Assembly: GCA_964016885.1 (NCBI GenBank)
Contig: OZ024743.1
Location: 39,370,001 to 39,434,000 of the forward strand
DNA: 64,000 nt
Direction of reading: 5' to 3'
From: Eledone cirrhosa
Lineage: Eukaryota
A model generated the notes under the pieces. The model saw only the letters and a list, made by a program, of their open reading frames with translations, had not been told where the DNA came from and did no database searches. Positions 29,357 to 44,011 of the stretch are shown in pieces. A program made the position numbers and the translations under genes. Each line of letters opens with the position of its first letter. Position 1 is the first letter of the stretch.

Positions 29357-30606
29357 AAGAAGAAAGTAAATGAGTTACATGGGAGATTTATTGCTCAATA
29401 CTGGTTACAAATGCTTCTGGCCGTTATATATGCTTGTTTGTGTCCGGCTGGTTCGTCCACAGATACGATGTGATTTTTGTTGTGTATACACTGGTCTGAG
29501 GATCAATCTGACTTCGAGTCAGGTCTTGGATGCCAACCCAGATCATGAGCCGGTTGCTTGAGAAACATTTGTTAAACAGGATTGAGCAATACATCTCCTA
29601 AGTAACCCCTCCACTTTGTTCTTATTATATACACTCTGATCAGCATACAGTGCTGATACTTGTACAGTTTTCTCCGGACTTTCAGAACCTTCTGCAAATA
29701 TATTTATATACGTATATATATTATGTGGTGTCGGGCATGGGACCCAATGAAAGGAGGTATGAATGCGTATGAAGTGTATATATATATTTTATTATATATT
29801 GAAATGATTTTTACACTGTTTCATTCGTAGGAATAACAGATAGAATTGTTCAGTTCTGATTATTCTGAGTTTGTCGGGTTGTAGTTAAGTTAGGGGCCGT
29901 CACTAATAAAATAGTTTTCCGGTAGTGGCAGTTTTGGTGGTGGGGTGATGGATGGGGAGAAGGAAATTCAGTGACCTCTTCCTTTCTTCTCTTTTATTTC
30001 CTTCTTCTCATTCATCAACTCCAGATATGTATATTATCAGTAAATACTCCGAAACCTTGCATAGAACTACCAGAGATAATGTCTCTTGAAAGTTCAAAGT
30101 TTATTATATACGTTGGAGTCATTCCATGATGACAGAAACTCAAATCTTGCTAGTTTGAGGAAAGTACTTTATAAGTTGACATCATATCCAGATAATCACA
30201 AGTAATGAACTTTCGTGCTATAAATGATAGCGCAACTACATTTCTGCCTTAACATTTGCACAATTATATTAGAAACTTTGGTTTCTTTAAATGTTGCTAA
30301 GTACGTTTTTAATTGTTCTTGACACATTTATTTTTCCGGGAGTTGAAACTAAATTCCTTTGTTCGTCATTATTCTTCGCAATGCAGAAAGTCATTCGTAC
30401 ATTTTTAGTTAAAGAATAAATGAAATGGCGAGCTTGACGTTTCATTCTGACTGGCGCAGGAGACTAGGTTTCAGCACTTAGCTTTATCGTAGCTGCAAAA
30501 GCATCCCCATGTTTCATTGCAGAATGAATACATGAAGTCGTAAAATATATTAGCAATATCAAGGAATCTTGTTCACAGTATTCTGCCTCATGATGTTTCA
30601 TGTAAA

Positions 30607-30790
30607 TGTTCTACTTTTGGCACAATGCCAGCAATTATTCCTGTATATTACTGCTACTTTGATTTTATCGACCTCGTAAGGATGAAAGGCAAAGTTAACC
30701 TCGGCGGGATTTGAACTCAGACCATAAAGGGCCGTAACACTCTGCTGCAAATCATGGTGTCGGACCTTCTACCAATACTGCCAATCCACC
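30607..30790 (-). mobile_element. tRNA-derived SINE (same family as 23438)
   Basis: Same head and central domain; TSD TTTCATGTAAA. Confidence 0.88.
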
Positions 30791-30987
30791 GATTTTCATG
30801 TAAAGTAAACAAAACAAGTAGAACCATCGGTACATGTGACAGTTTAATGGGAGCTGGGGTTAAACAATACACAAAGGAAATATGAAGAATTCAAAGGATC
30901 AGGCGTTGCAGGTTAAACCCTTTGCATTCATACCTAATACGTCACATCCATACAACCAAACTGACACGTATACATACACACACACAT

Positions 30988-31094
<107 letters not shown>

Positions 31095-31419
31095 TATATA
31101 ACACATATCAGATAATGTTTTCATTACATATAGAAACTCGAATGTATAATCAAATACAACATGAATATATTTGAAATAGTTTTCATCATTCCATCCTTTT
31201 TTTATATTATTGCTGAAATCTATTTTCATGAAAATGTCATTTCAGTGCAGTTGTGATATTCCACGATTTATTGAAAATTCTTACCAAACATAATGCATTA
31301 AAATCATTGATCACTTATTTTCCACCCACCATTATCCCGAGTTTTACATTTGGTCTGTAATTTCCATTCATAATTTATTAAATATATCAGCGGGAAATGA
31401 TTGTATATTTTTACACACA

Positions 31420-31466
<47 letters not shown>

Positions 31467-31497
31467 ACACATACAGACACACACACACACACACACA

Positions 31498-31549
<52 letters not shown>

Positions 31550-31566
31550 CACACGCACACGCACAC

Positions 31567-31625
<59 letters not shown>

Positions 31626-31701
31626 TATATACACATACATACACACACACACATACGTACATACATACATACATACACACATACATACATACATACATGC
31701 A

Positions 31702-31767
<66 letters not shown>

Positions 31768-32139
31768 CACATATATAATATGCTGTCGTGTATTACTTCT
31801 ATTTTATGATATTAATGTAATATTTTATTCAAAATTTTATTTTCTTATTTTTTTAGCGTTAGTTAATCCTATTTATTCTCTGTAGTCATGAATTTGATTT
31901 ATTCAAGTAGAAGAATCAATTGAACGGAATGAATGTTATTTGTACCTATTTTATCGATTTGTGGATATATGAAAGAGAAATTCAATATCAGCGAATAGTT
32001 AGCACACAGATTTAGATTGATTATACTAATTTGTCTCTGGCATGTAGCCCGACGTCCTGCAGTTTTGCCAAATAAGCCACCCCTGCAAGGTTACTATTTT
32101 GTATTTATTGCAGGGCGATACTTCTTTTTAAAACAGACA

Positions 32140-32260
32140 CAGGGAAGACACATTGCCAAATGGTTATTATGTTCGACCCCCAATAATAAGGTCGTAATTT
32201 GGGAGTGGACGCTGCGCATGTTCTTGAGCAAGACGTTTCAGCAGACGCTTCTATTACTTA
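32140..32260 (+). mobile_element. degenerate tRNA-derived SINE, second family
   Basis: tRNA-like head followed by TGTTCTTGAGCAAGAC; related to 54060-54170. Confidence 0.35.
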
Positions 32261-33469
32261 TTTGACTTGGGTCTCTATAATTAAAATAGTTTTGGTATCT
32301 CATTAGCTAGATTCAATTCCATACGTGTTAACTATAAGAACAGTATCCCCGCCCAAAAGAATAGAGGTTGTTAACAAATATCAATATTTTTGACTTACAA
32401 ATCTATATTATAATAACTAGTCTAAAAGTCTAAATTCTGTCTTAAGCCAGAAGGCTCATTTGGCCGGTGTCATGGTGTGGAGCGACTGAGAGTACAAGAC
32501 CCATCATTATTCTCCCCCTGTCAAACGAATGTATGCTCACAGTGTACCACGTTCTACGTTATATACATAAACATCATACGAGATGTACCTTATGGTAAAT
32601 ATTCCTTATGCATTCTATTGAGACGTTCGTGTCATTCTCACCATCATAGAGAGAGAAAAGCAGCGATACCGAATGGATACAGATTTACAAAATGAATTAA
32701 ATATATTGAAAGGAAAGCCAACGGACGAATAACACTTTAGCCCGATATTTCAAGGCTCGGTTCCTTTAGTAATTATAATAAGCAAATGGAGTCTTAGTGA
32801 TTAAAACGATCAGCTGAAGATCAGCTCGAGGTATTCTTATTGGCGCGTTTGTTCTACAGCAAATTACTTTACTTTATGTTGCTCTATTCAGCTATGTTGC
32901 TAAAAAAATGCCAGCCTTGTCATACATTGTAAAACCATAAATATCTTCGAACATTACGTTCAGATTAGGTGTGTATGTGTATTGCTCAATCATTCGCACC
33001 TAAATTGTCCGAGCAGCCTGATGGTCTGGTCAAACAAATGGAATAGTCTTCGTCGTAACTGACGGATATCCAATATACATATAATATGGCTGTTATATTA
33101 CCTCCAACCTCCATATATTGTTTTCCGTCACACAACAACACTGTCTTCATTCGTACTTATATTAAAATACATAGTTGATAGAATGCGTCGGTGTATCTCA
33201 ATTTACTTAAAATGACTACAACACCAACAATAATCGATACTAACAATTTTATACTTCACTCTTTCATTATCATAACTATAAAATAGAAATGACAACAACA
33301 ACGGTGATAGCAGCAGGGTTAAGGAAAAATACATAAAAACACACACTAAAATAAAATGAATAAATAATAATATTTATAATAACGACCACAATCGCAACAG
33401 CAATACATATAATGGTTCTGATTGAAGAAAGGAAGTCCACGTTGTATTTCTCAAATCATAATATACTAA

Positions 33470-33506
33470 ATAATAATAAAATTAACAAAAATAACAATAA
33501 TAATAA

Positions 33507-33544
<38 letters not shown>

Positions 33545-33554
33545 ATAATAATAA

Positions 33555-33621
<67 letters not shown>

Positions 33622-33695
33622 GGTATTAATAATAATACAAAACATCAACAGCAACAATAACAATGATAATGAAATAAACAACAAATAATAATAAC
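33470..33695. repeat. (TAA)n/(TAC)n/(CAA)n trinucleotide microsatellite
   Basis: Directly visible. Confidence 0.95.
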
Positions 33696-36169
33696 ATCGT
33701 TATAATGGAATTACTCTTAGCACAGGAGAAGATTATTCTTAATTTCATCGTCAAAGATGTGACAAGCTCGATTGTTCGGACAAGTTAAAATTGTGAACAT
33801 AAATCTTGATGGTGAGACAAGGCTGACAAATAGCTTGATTAATCATGACAAGCTTTATGATGTTTATCATTTAGTTATTGTTATTCTCTCTCACTTCATG
33901 TGTAATGTTTTGCCTGGCACATTTTATATTGGATTTATTGATGTTTAAGGTAGGTGAAATACAGTTGAGCTGTGTTACCGAATGTACAACGACAGGGACA
34001 GTATTGTTATGTGGGTGTACTTCATAACAAATATTTGTTTGATATATACTGGTAACACGACAATTGTTATCTATGAAGATGTCTCAAGCTGTCTTTCGAG
34101 TAACGGGTGGAGCTATTGTTTAGAAACTCATGCCAGCGTAAAAGCCCCGGCAGGATCAATGGAACGTAGGGAAGTGATTTACCTTTGTCTCGAAAGAAAC
34201 ATGGGAGCCTCAACGCTAAAATCTGAACGATCCTTTAGTGACTTGAGCCATGAAAGAAGCCGGAATACGTGAACTCAAGCAAGCAATGTAGCGTACGTCT
34301 TTTTTTTACAAATGCCACTGAGCGAGACTCAACCTATTCATTCCTGTCAAGGAAACGCAGTGTTTTATGTCTGTACAACCAACATTCAGGCCACAGCATA
34401 GTTGCTAAAGCAAGCAAGTTAGCGATTATTCGGTCGTATACGCAAACAAAGAAGTATTGAAATAGTCATTTGACATAATAAATATAATAACTCACCAATA
34501 CTCTATTCACTGGCTGTGAAAGAAATAGCAGCTAAATTATCCTAAGTTGTCGAAATTGCAACAATGGTTAGGGAAGTTCAAAGCTGCCTCAGTTCTTCAA
34601 TGGATGGTTCTATATCTATCCCAATGACACCCTTTAATGTTTTGAGAGATCTTACGAGTTTGTGTTTCTTCCCTAACTGGCCGATGTGTCTGTAAAACCC
34701 ATGCGCCCGATCACTACAGTAACCAACCTACTGCGTGCAACTTCTGATCTATTATTTAACTTTAATTTTATCCTTAATCTTTAAATTGCCTATATTCTTT
34801 TCTTTTGCATCTATGGTGACCTCAATAACTTGGCAGCTGCATCTGTCAAGATGTATTTTGAGACGAGGTTCTCATCAGCATATATTCCTTACTCCGTATT
34901 TGAGCATCCTAACGGTACTTCCGATGTACGAGAATCTAATTTTTTGGGATGTAACCTTATATACCACATACGTACTCATGCACATTTCCGCGTTGTGGAT
35001 GGGAACATTCTGAATCGTATATATATCGAATGTCTTGTCCGATGGCAGCTGTCCTCTTCTGGTTGAAAGGTGAAGCTTTAGATAACATATGTTATCTCTA
35101 GGTGCGCAAAGTTACAAATGCCGCAGCAAAGACATTGGATTCAGCAGAAAGGTATCAGAAATGAGTATAGGTAATTTAAGAATTACGGAGCTCATTATCA
35201 TCAGCTGAATAAATCCAAGAATAAATAACAGTTCAGTAATGCACAGAGCAGTACGGTTCGTATAGCGACCCCAAATATGCGTTTTACAGTCACGTAGGCC
35301 AGTTAAAGATGATTATTGTGATCGCTCATTTTGTTTTGTCTTAAACTGTCTTAAACCTTTTCATCTGAAAAAAAAGGTTGATAGCTCTAAAGTTTAATTC
35401 TAGAATACGTTGTGTGAAACATTACTTTGTTTTTGTTTCATTTGTCATCATTTGCCCTTCGTATCTTTCAACCGGATTGTATCGGCTTTTTTGAAAATTA
35501 TCGCTATTTTACTACATATCTCACAATGCTTCGAATTAACTACACTACTAAGTTGAAAAAAATAATAAAAATCTTCAATTGAACTTAATTCAATTGAACA
35601 TAATTGGGCCCTTATCATCCAAACAACCACAAGAAAATATGTATTTGGCGGGCTTTTATACCCATTCGCTCTTAATATGATTCTGAAATTGGCATACTGA
35701 TTTACATCTAATTAGCCCTCGTATTGGTAATTAATTCAGATATATTAAGAAGGTTGCTAATTGCCGAAGAGTAGGATAAAGTCATTTCTGAATACATACA
35801 GATTGTGTAACTGAGACTGCACCAATGTATATATAAATATACATATACCTAATATGTAGGCATGGGAACATGTCAGAAGATACGAATTACCATGTAAATT
35901 GAATAATATATTAAAAAAAAAATGTAATAGATTTTCGATTCTAAATCGGCCTTCACTAGAATGTTTGTTTAATAACCACACAACCGCAGGGAAACATGCA
36001 TTTAACAGGCTTATACACCTATTCGAGCAAAGAAATTCGCCCTAAAATATACTCACAGTTACAAGAATATAGTTTACTTTATACGGGAGCACATTTTCTG
36101 AACTCTTCATCAGATATTCCTGAAGTTTACATTCTGCAATATCAACAGATTCTAGTATAGGAACTAATT

Positions 36170-37648
36170 ATCTTCCTACATATTCCCATGGCTTTTATAA
36201 TAAAGCTACAGTATCTCTTTGATGAAAGACTTTCATGTATTGCACTACAGCTCTTCAACCAAAAGCCGTGGATCCAATCTGGATGTGGCCTTTCCAGTGT
36301 GGTACCTTGAATCCTTGATCCTTCACATCAACTGGGCTTATAGGAATATAATTGTGTATATCTCCTCGCAATTCTGTGTTTTACGTGTCCATCCCTTCTC
36401 ACTCATTATATAACTCATATTGATTCCCCATATTCCATTCCAGAAATCCATAGCCTTATCAGCAATAGGGATAGCGTCATTGCCGTTTCCATTGTTAATG
36501 TTCAAAGTGCGAAAGAATTGTTTTGTATTATTTTGGTGAATTGGCAATATCTGTAGAGGGTCGGACATGCTTTCCAGCATAGTTACGTCCCTTTATTATC
36601 TGAGTTCAAATCCCACCGAGGTTAACTTTGCCTTTCATCCTTACGGGGTCGATAAAATAAAGTACAAATAATGCACTGGATAATTGCTGGCCTTGTGCCA
36701 AACGTAGAAACAATTATTTTGGAACAGTTATATTCTCCTCAAATTGATTATTTCTATTGTATATTTCCCTATGTTTTTGATTTTCGAGAGCAATCTCTGT
36801 TTTGACTGTTCTATTACTGTAAGGAATCCCCTATTCCACATTTTTTATTTCTTGTCTAATGCTTCCCGGTTTCTTTCCTATTTTTCCACTTTCCTCTAAA
36901 CCATTGTTCAATTTTATTTAGATTTTGTCTTATCTACATCATGGCATTTTCAATGTATATTTTCAAACATAGCTCTTTTGCATTACTCGATTTAGTGCTC
37001 ATCATACGCCTTTGATCCTCTACAAGCCTGGCAACAGCTCGGGGTTCCAAGTGTGCGTTATATCTTTTGTTTGGGTGTGATGTTTGACAGCATTTATCTC
37101 TTTTGTAGTTTCAATTATCATCCTCCTCTTCTCATATTCAATGATATTCTCTCTTCTGGGGCATTCATACAATTCATAAGCTGTCTACATAATCCAAGCT
37201 GCTCATCGCCCAAGTGACCTACTACTCTTGTTTTACATTTCCCATCCTCAGCTATACCATAAATTTTCCCTTCACCATCCCTAACAGTCACATCCCAATC
37301 TCTCTGATCATGCTTCAACTATCTCAGCCTTCAACTTTAGCGACGACTTCAACTTCTGCTCTAACATCTCTTTATTGTCACTCTACAGGTTCCTTGAAAC
37401 GTTCACTAAACCAAGATATTTCTACCTTAGTTAACCAGACCTTCCTCTTAATCATCCTCACTTGATTCATTAGTTTACTTTCAGATATCTCAAACATACT
37501 TTTTTCCATCCAAATGTTGACTGCGTCTTCCTTTGCTCTTCCGTGGCATTCAATCAGTGTAGCGAACTCTTCATTCGTCAATGTGTGTCTAGCTGCGCGC
37601 ACATTATACAATTGATCAGTTGCTTGGTAACCCATGACCGGTGCAATC
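36170..37648 (-). pseudogene. R4/Dong-like non-LTR element, N-terminal part, decayed
   Basis: IWMEKSMFEISESKLMNQVRMIKRKVWLTKVEI, KQFFRTLN, DFWNGIWG and a decayed KAxGxD region; interrupted by a SINE. Confidence 0.6.
36535..36712 (+). mobile_element. tRNA-derived SINE (same family as 23438)
   Basis: A/B boxes and central domain; flanking direct repeat ATTATTTTGG. Confidence 0.9.
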
Positions 37649-37792
37649 TGAAATAAAAAAAATTATATCAAAGCCAGCGTCTCAAGCATGTAGACGTTAT
37701 TGACCTTACAAGAGTGAATTATGTCTTAGACATTACTTGCTTACTTGCTGCTACTGATTCGATTCTATTATTACTATCATTATTATCAATAT

Positions 37793-37878
37793 TTTGCCTT
37801 TCATCCTTACGAGGTCGATAAAATAAAGTACCAGTAATGTACTGGGTAATTGCTGGCCTTGTGCCAAAAGTACAAACA
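37793..37878 (+). mobile_element. 5'-truncated SINE copy
   Basis: Only the 3' half of the family; flanking direct repeat ATTATTATCAATATTTT. Confidence 0.85.
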
Positions 37879-38047
37879 ATTATTATCAATATTTTCAAAA
37901 CTTCCTTTGTATTCTGCTTAATTCTAATATCTTGCAAGACACCGAAGGTGTCATATAAATTATGCCACAAGGGTATAAACAACAGCAATATCTTAGCATG
38001 GTAGTCAAATACATAATGCCCCAATACCCCCCACCCACCACCCACCC

Positions 38048-38730
38048 CTTAAGACATGTATAGCGCCAGTCAGCATCATTTTCTGTATTCTTGCATAATT
38101 GTGATTCCAGAGATCTCGTCGAAATGTTTTTCATTTCCGTTTTTTATCATCTATATGCACTAATTATCTTTGGTGTTGTACAGGATTTAAGTTGCCACCT
38201 TTCCTCTATTTCAATTGTCAGATATTTATGTTTACTGAACCATCAGAATTTTGTAGGGGAGGAGTTACGATCTGATGGAATGGTCATGTCAATTAGAAGC
38301 ATTCTTCCATTTTATGTTCCTTTACAATAATCAGTCGTGATTGTTCTGTTGATGTCCACAGGGAAGTCCTGTAGGAATGTCCCATTATTACCCCCTGCTG
38401 ATACATGTGGTGGATCAGGTCATTTGCTTCAGAATATATACTGCCTATGCAGTGGTTTTTGCTCCCATTACTGTTAATATATACTATACATGCGAGAACT
38501 CTCCATGTTTTAATCTGTGGTCATGCCACAGTTATCTCAGTAGCCCATGAAAGAACCAGGCACCCTATTCTCGTCTCAAAACCTGTGCGTTATCTTCAAC
38601 GATACATTTTACCTAATATAAACTGTTTATATGGGGTGCTCAAGACATCATAGACATGACGATTTATGTGTTCAACAATCACAGGGACTCCTAAATGATA
38701 TTCTTATCTACCTGTTGTCATTTGACACAA
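38048..38730 (-). pseudogene. R4/Dong-like restriction-like endonuclease C-terminus, decayed
   Basis: FLQDFPVDINRTI..CFLIDMTIPSDRN..KHKYLTIEIEERWQLK..PKIISA..QKMMLTGAIHVL matches the RLE domain pattern of early-branching non-LTR elements. Confidence 0.7.
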
Positions 38731-41433
38731 TCATTTGATTTCGCAATGCCACTAATTTAAATATATTTGTGTGTTCTCAAGGTATAATTTGCCTGGCATT
38801 GACGAATATGTAATGGTATTTTAGGATACAAGATCTTGTCCTAAAGCCAGAGAATGCGTGTGTAAATGTTTCGCGATGAGAGACATTTAGACTGATATAT
38901 GATGCAAATCTGTCTTAACCAATGCAATTGAAGTTGACCAATAATATAGAAAATAGGAAATGATAAGTATTAGTGATATTTTGTTTACACGTGGTTATAA
39001 CTTAATAGTAGTGTTCGGAGTCCATAAAAATATTTACATTGTTATCAGTAAATTATGTAAGACTAGCAGAAAAACCACCCTCTGATGGTTTTCTGCTAGC
39101 TTTGGTAGTGTCTATATTGAGATTATACGGAAGTATATATGCATGTAGATATGATACATCAAATAAAATCGTAATTGACAATATACACAGAAATTGAACG
39201 AAGACTGTGTTATACTGCCTTATGTAATCAGTAACATAATCCATGATATATTAAACACAGACGATATTATATATAAAGTGCATTAGGAGAAAATTAGTGA
39301 CAGAAATATATGAATGTTTATTTAAACGAACACTTACCGGAAGTGTTGACATTTGAAAAAGTTAAAGAATTGAATCTTTAAATAAGTAATAACATATATT
39401 TAATGAACAGCCACGAAATTTAGTGGATAAATTATGTAATATTCATTCATTATTTATTCAAAGTAATCCAACTTAATTTACTAAGAGGATAAACAATTAT
39501 AAACCGTACGCAGTCCCGCGCTTCTTTCTTTATTATATTTTAGATTAGCAGATGGGATATGTATGCAATACTGTTGGATTATAACAGTGACATTCAGTGA
39601 TAAACATATACACAGACACATGTACCCATACACACTTACATACACAGCGACAGAAAGAGATAGCGAGAGAGAGAGAGAGAGAGGGGGGGGGGGGGTGCAC
39701 ATTAAAGTATGTAAGATTGGCAGATTATAAACATATGTAATACTATTTAATTGACACAAACACGTATACACACATAATCACAATCACACATTAGAATACG
39801 TAAAATTGCCTGATATTAGACTTATAGGATGCTACTGAATTGACACGTACACACACTCATATACGCTCAAGCACATAATCACAGACACGTAGCCTTACAC
39901 ACTTTAATGTTAGTAAGATTGACAGCTTAGAAATGTATGATATACAACCGGATTGAAACGCACATACACACTATAGACACACCTACACACACACACATTC
40001 ACGCACCCTCAAACACACTTTCACACACAGAGTGGCATATATTATATCTATGTTTGGAATTCGAGAATCGTATGGCACACACACGCGCGCATGCATTAGA
40101 GTGCCGGATAATACAAATTGCTGTATGTATTTTATCTATTTGTATTTAGCGATCAAATGCCACATAAGTCAGTTTAAACGATATAAATAATGTTCCAGTT
40201 CTTTAACCAGCAAAACACCGTGTTAAGGAAATTAACCTGAAGCAATTGAACATTCCACAGATACACGTAGACATAGCGTAGTTCCAGAGGTCATTCACTA
40301 CAGGACCGGCCTGGTCGTTTAAATTGTTCGTACACTCGAACCGCAAGGTTTCCAAACAGTTCCTCAAATGCCAAATGTTACTCACAAGTCATAGATCGAT
40401 ATTTGAATAACGTAAATGATGCTTGCTCAACATGTCATCCAGTGAGGGTGAAGCAGGCACCTAATGATTGAGTCACTACATGTTTACCAGTCACGCATTT
40501 TGCATCTTTGATACTCATGTAACTATTACAGTATTTAATTAATTGATAAATTGGAATTTGCGTTTGATTTAATCTACTGATACATAAGATATGAATAATT
40601 TCAGATGATTAGTAATTGGATAAGGTAAAACCCGACAAACAGTGAAACGAGACGAAACACACACACACATACATACACACACACACACAGGGACACACAC
40701 TCCCGTACATACACATACACGCACTCACACACACCACATACAAACACATACACACATACATATATATTTATATATATATATAAACATCTACATATATACT
40801 TATGTGTGTCAGTGTGTGTATGTGTGTGTGTATGGGTGTATGTATTTCGATAGCTAATGTTAGCATGCTCATTTGCAATAATCCAAGCCTGAACCACAAT
40901 TATTTAAACGTGGTCAAGTATTGCACCTGGTGATAAAATATTCTGCCTTCGATACTTTGGATGATGGCTTGATCCAGAAATTTGGTTAATTATGAAACAA
41001 GATGTTCATTCTATAAGAGAAAATATCTCGTTTGCGCGACTTATATCAAGATAAATGTAAATAATATATCAAGATAAACCCAAATGAAGATGATGGTGGG
41101 TGAATAAAGCCGCCTACGCTATCATTTTGACCCAGGTGAGATCTAATTACCATGAACTGATTTCCAACGGTCTACTGCTTATAAAGCATATTTATGAAGA
41201 CACTTTAGCAGACCTCGATAAATGAAAATAATTGAATCAAACTGTTGCTAAATATAAATGATAATGTCGATGGGAATAATCTCTCTCTCTCTCGCTCTCT
41301 CGCCCCCCCCCCCCCTCTCTATCTCCTTCTCTCTTTGTCTGTCTCTTTCTCTTTCTCACTGTCTCTCTTTTCTTCTTTATTAATCTCTATCACACACGCC
41401 GAAACCTCCCTATAGATACATACATATAGATCG

Positions 41434-41543
<110 letters not shown>

Positions 41544-41557
41544 ATTGTGTGTGCGTT

Positions 41558-41597
<40 letters not shown>

Positions 41598-41604
41598 TAT
41601 ATAC

Positions 41605-42016
41605 ATGGTGGCTGCCAACTCGTTTTCGAGTACGTCCACTACTTTATATCCATGTAGGAGAACCACTACCCATGCGGTGAACAAGTGTGAGTTTTTAGTC
41701 CAGCCAGCAACTTGAAAACTCTGGTACAAACACTACACTTGTGACAATTATTGACACATAGTGCTGGGCCCATGGTACCTGTGACAACAAGTGCAGAGAG
41801 ATTCCAGAATATAAAGCAATGCCTGTGCCGTGAAGCTTTTATAGTGAGCAAAGGCACGGCACAAAGCCAGTCCCACTCTCTTAACCAAGATGATATCTAC
41901 CAAAAAGAAGAACAAGTCAACATCATTGGATACCATCAGGGTTGCAGGTGTTATATCAGAGTTTTCCTTCTCCTAGAATTCTGCCTTGACAAAGGCTAAG
42001 GGTCATCTCTCCCGGA
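41605..42016 (-). mobile_element. bipartite non-autonomous RTE-derived element, copy 1
   Basis: RTE 5'UTR-like CTAGGAGAAGGAAAACTCTGA fused to a 3' end encoding [17 protein letters not shown], ending ..GGCAGCCACCA in a TA tract. Confidence 0.65.
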
Positions 42017-42191
42017 CATACATATATACATACATATATACATACATATATACATACACACATATATACATATACATACATATACATACATATATATATA
42101 CATACATAGATATATATACATACATATATATATATATATATACATGCATATATATATATATATATATATATATACATGCATATATATATAT

Positions 42192-42581
42192 ATGGTGGCT
42201 GCCAACTCGTTTTCGAGTACAGCCACTACTTTATATCCATGTAGGAGAACCACTACCCATGCGTTGAACAAGTGTGACTTTTTAGTCCAGCCAGCGACTT
42301 GAAAACTCTGGTACAAATACTACACTTGTGACAATTATTGACACATAGTGCTGGGCCCATGGTACCATGTGACGACAAGTGCGGCGAGATCTCCAGATAT
42401 AAAGCAATGGCTGTGCCGTGAAGCTTTTATAGTGAGCAATGTCACTGCACAAAGCTAGTCCCACTCTCTTCACCAAGATGATATTTACTAAAAAGAAGAA
42501 CAAGTCAACATCATTGGATACCATCAGGGTTGCAGGTGTTATATCAGAGTTTTCCTTCTCCTAGAATTCTGCCTTGACAAA
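42192..42581 (-). mobile_element. bipartite non-autonomous RTE-derived element, copy 2
   Basis: Near-identical direct duplicate of 41605-41992. Confidence 0.65.
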
Positions 42582-42676
42582 TATACATACATACATACAT
42601 ACACACTCCCACATATATATTTAATATATATAATATTGGTATATAAGGGGACAAAGACGTAAATCTACGGGTTAAA

Positions 42677-42768
42677 ATATATCTGAGGAGCTTCCAATTC
42701 CAGATTCAGGTGCAAACATTAATAAACTGTTCTTCGAGCTATTCGACAGTGAAACATATGTAATATGT
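42677..42768 (+). ncRNA. type I hammerhead variant with ~60-nt stem II region
   Basis: ATATAT-CTGAGGA-GCT...AGT-GAAA-CATATG-TA-ATATGT; palindromic stem III, GUA triplet. Confidence 0.55.
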
Positions 42769-42900
42769 AATTAAATATGTATAAGATGAAACACTGATTC
42801 TTTGTTTCCTTATATATTAATAATATTGATACTCTGCTCCCCAAGAACATTGAGAGCTCAGTCGGCACACCGCATATGGCTCCAATTAACTTGCCCTATA

Positions 42901-43005
42901 TCTACACAAATGAAGACGGGTGAGTTGCATTACGTTGAGTGCCCTCCATTACATCGAGGTTGACCATACGGAATGACCAGTTCTATCCAGTGGTGAACTA
43001 ACAAA
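42901..43005 (+). repeat. ~105-bp terminal module repeated at 44872-44981
   Basis: CTACACAAA.GAAGACGG..GAGTTGCATTACGTTGAGT...CGAGGTTGACCATACGGAATGACCAGTTCTATCCAGTGGTGAAC occurs in both places. Confidence 0.9.
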
Positions 43006-43704
43006 CCTAAATAAATAAATAATGCAGATGTAATAATGAACAGAGGCACTGACTCCAGTGTACAGCTATCGCCAGCATGGGACTAACTACACACCATTCG
43101 GATTGTGGCTGCTTTGAGCTTAGTCTACCGCCCACCTTGTCCACTGCTGCTTCCCTGTTGGGAATATTCAGACTCCAGAAGAACTCATAGATTCCTCAAA
43201 TAATTCTATGTATTGTACTATAACTTGTATTGTATTGACTGAATTCTATATCCTATACTTCAGGGCCTTTGTGATTCACGTTGAATATTAAGACTCGAAC
43301 ATACACTAGGTATCACCTGATACCATTCCATCTCTTCCATACTCTATATCTATATGTATAATCTTGATCTATATTGTATTTCCCCAGTGTTTTGATTTCT
43401 TCGATATGTTCTTATATACTTCTTTTTTCTCCATGCATCACCACCATAGTAATGACTGCATTTTACCTAAGTATTTTGCTTATTATTTCTTTTATTTATG
43501 TATTTATTTACTCGCTTTACTCTCATTATATACTTATCATTGTTCTCATTAGCACACGACGCTAGAACATTCATCTGTTTATCTTTTTTCACTCCCCATA
43601 CCCACCCACAAACCACACTACATATAACCCGGACTGGCTGGGAACTAATTATAGTATATTTGCGCATTTCATCGGATTTTGCCACATTCAGCTTCACATC
43701 ACGG

Positions 43705-43960
43705 GTGTGAATAAATGATAATCGTCTGGTAACACGCGATGATCCGTCGGATGTGGCGGCTTTCCCGACTGCACGCCGGGCGCTAGGGTAGATCCGCCTT
43801 CCTTGAGTAATTGTAAAAATAAATTTCCTCTTCTTTCGGTAAACGAAATTACTCGGAACGGCTGCTTCGCCCTGGGGCCCTGTCAGACTTGGAACCCGCT
43901 GCGCCACCGGCTGTGACCGCCAAATATTACCTCTAACTTCTAGGCTTAATCATGACTATT
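43705..43960 (+). ncRNA. candidate structured RNA unit 1 (rod-like)
   Basis: Nested helices GTCGG/CCGGC, TGTGGCGG/CCGCTGCG, TTCC/GGAA, GGGCG/CGCCC, GCCTTCC/GGAA.GGC, GAGTAA/TTACTC and apical hairpin TTTCG-GTAAA-CGAAA. Confidence 0.45.
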
Positions 43961-44011
43961 AGCTGTATCATGCTTCCTTCTATTAGCATTTAACCAAATC
44001 CCCCTCGTTAT

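Noticed and set aside
29805-29885. Hammerhead-like motif on minus strand (..GAAT-GAAA-CAGTG-TA)
   Set aside because: Core reads CCGACAA and stem I does not pair; too decayed to call.
34740-35070. Possible decayed zinc-knuckle ORF1/gag on minus strand
   Set aside because: Needs several substitutions to fit CCHC; insufficient support.
40203-40385. 60-aa ORF in unique-looking sequence
   Set aside because: No recognisable motif and no clean acceptor/donor pair.
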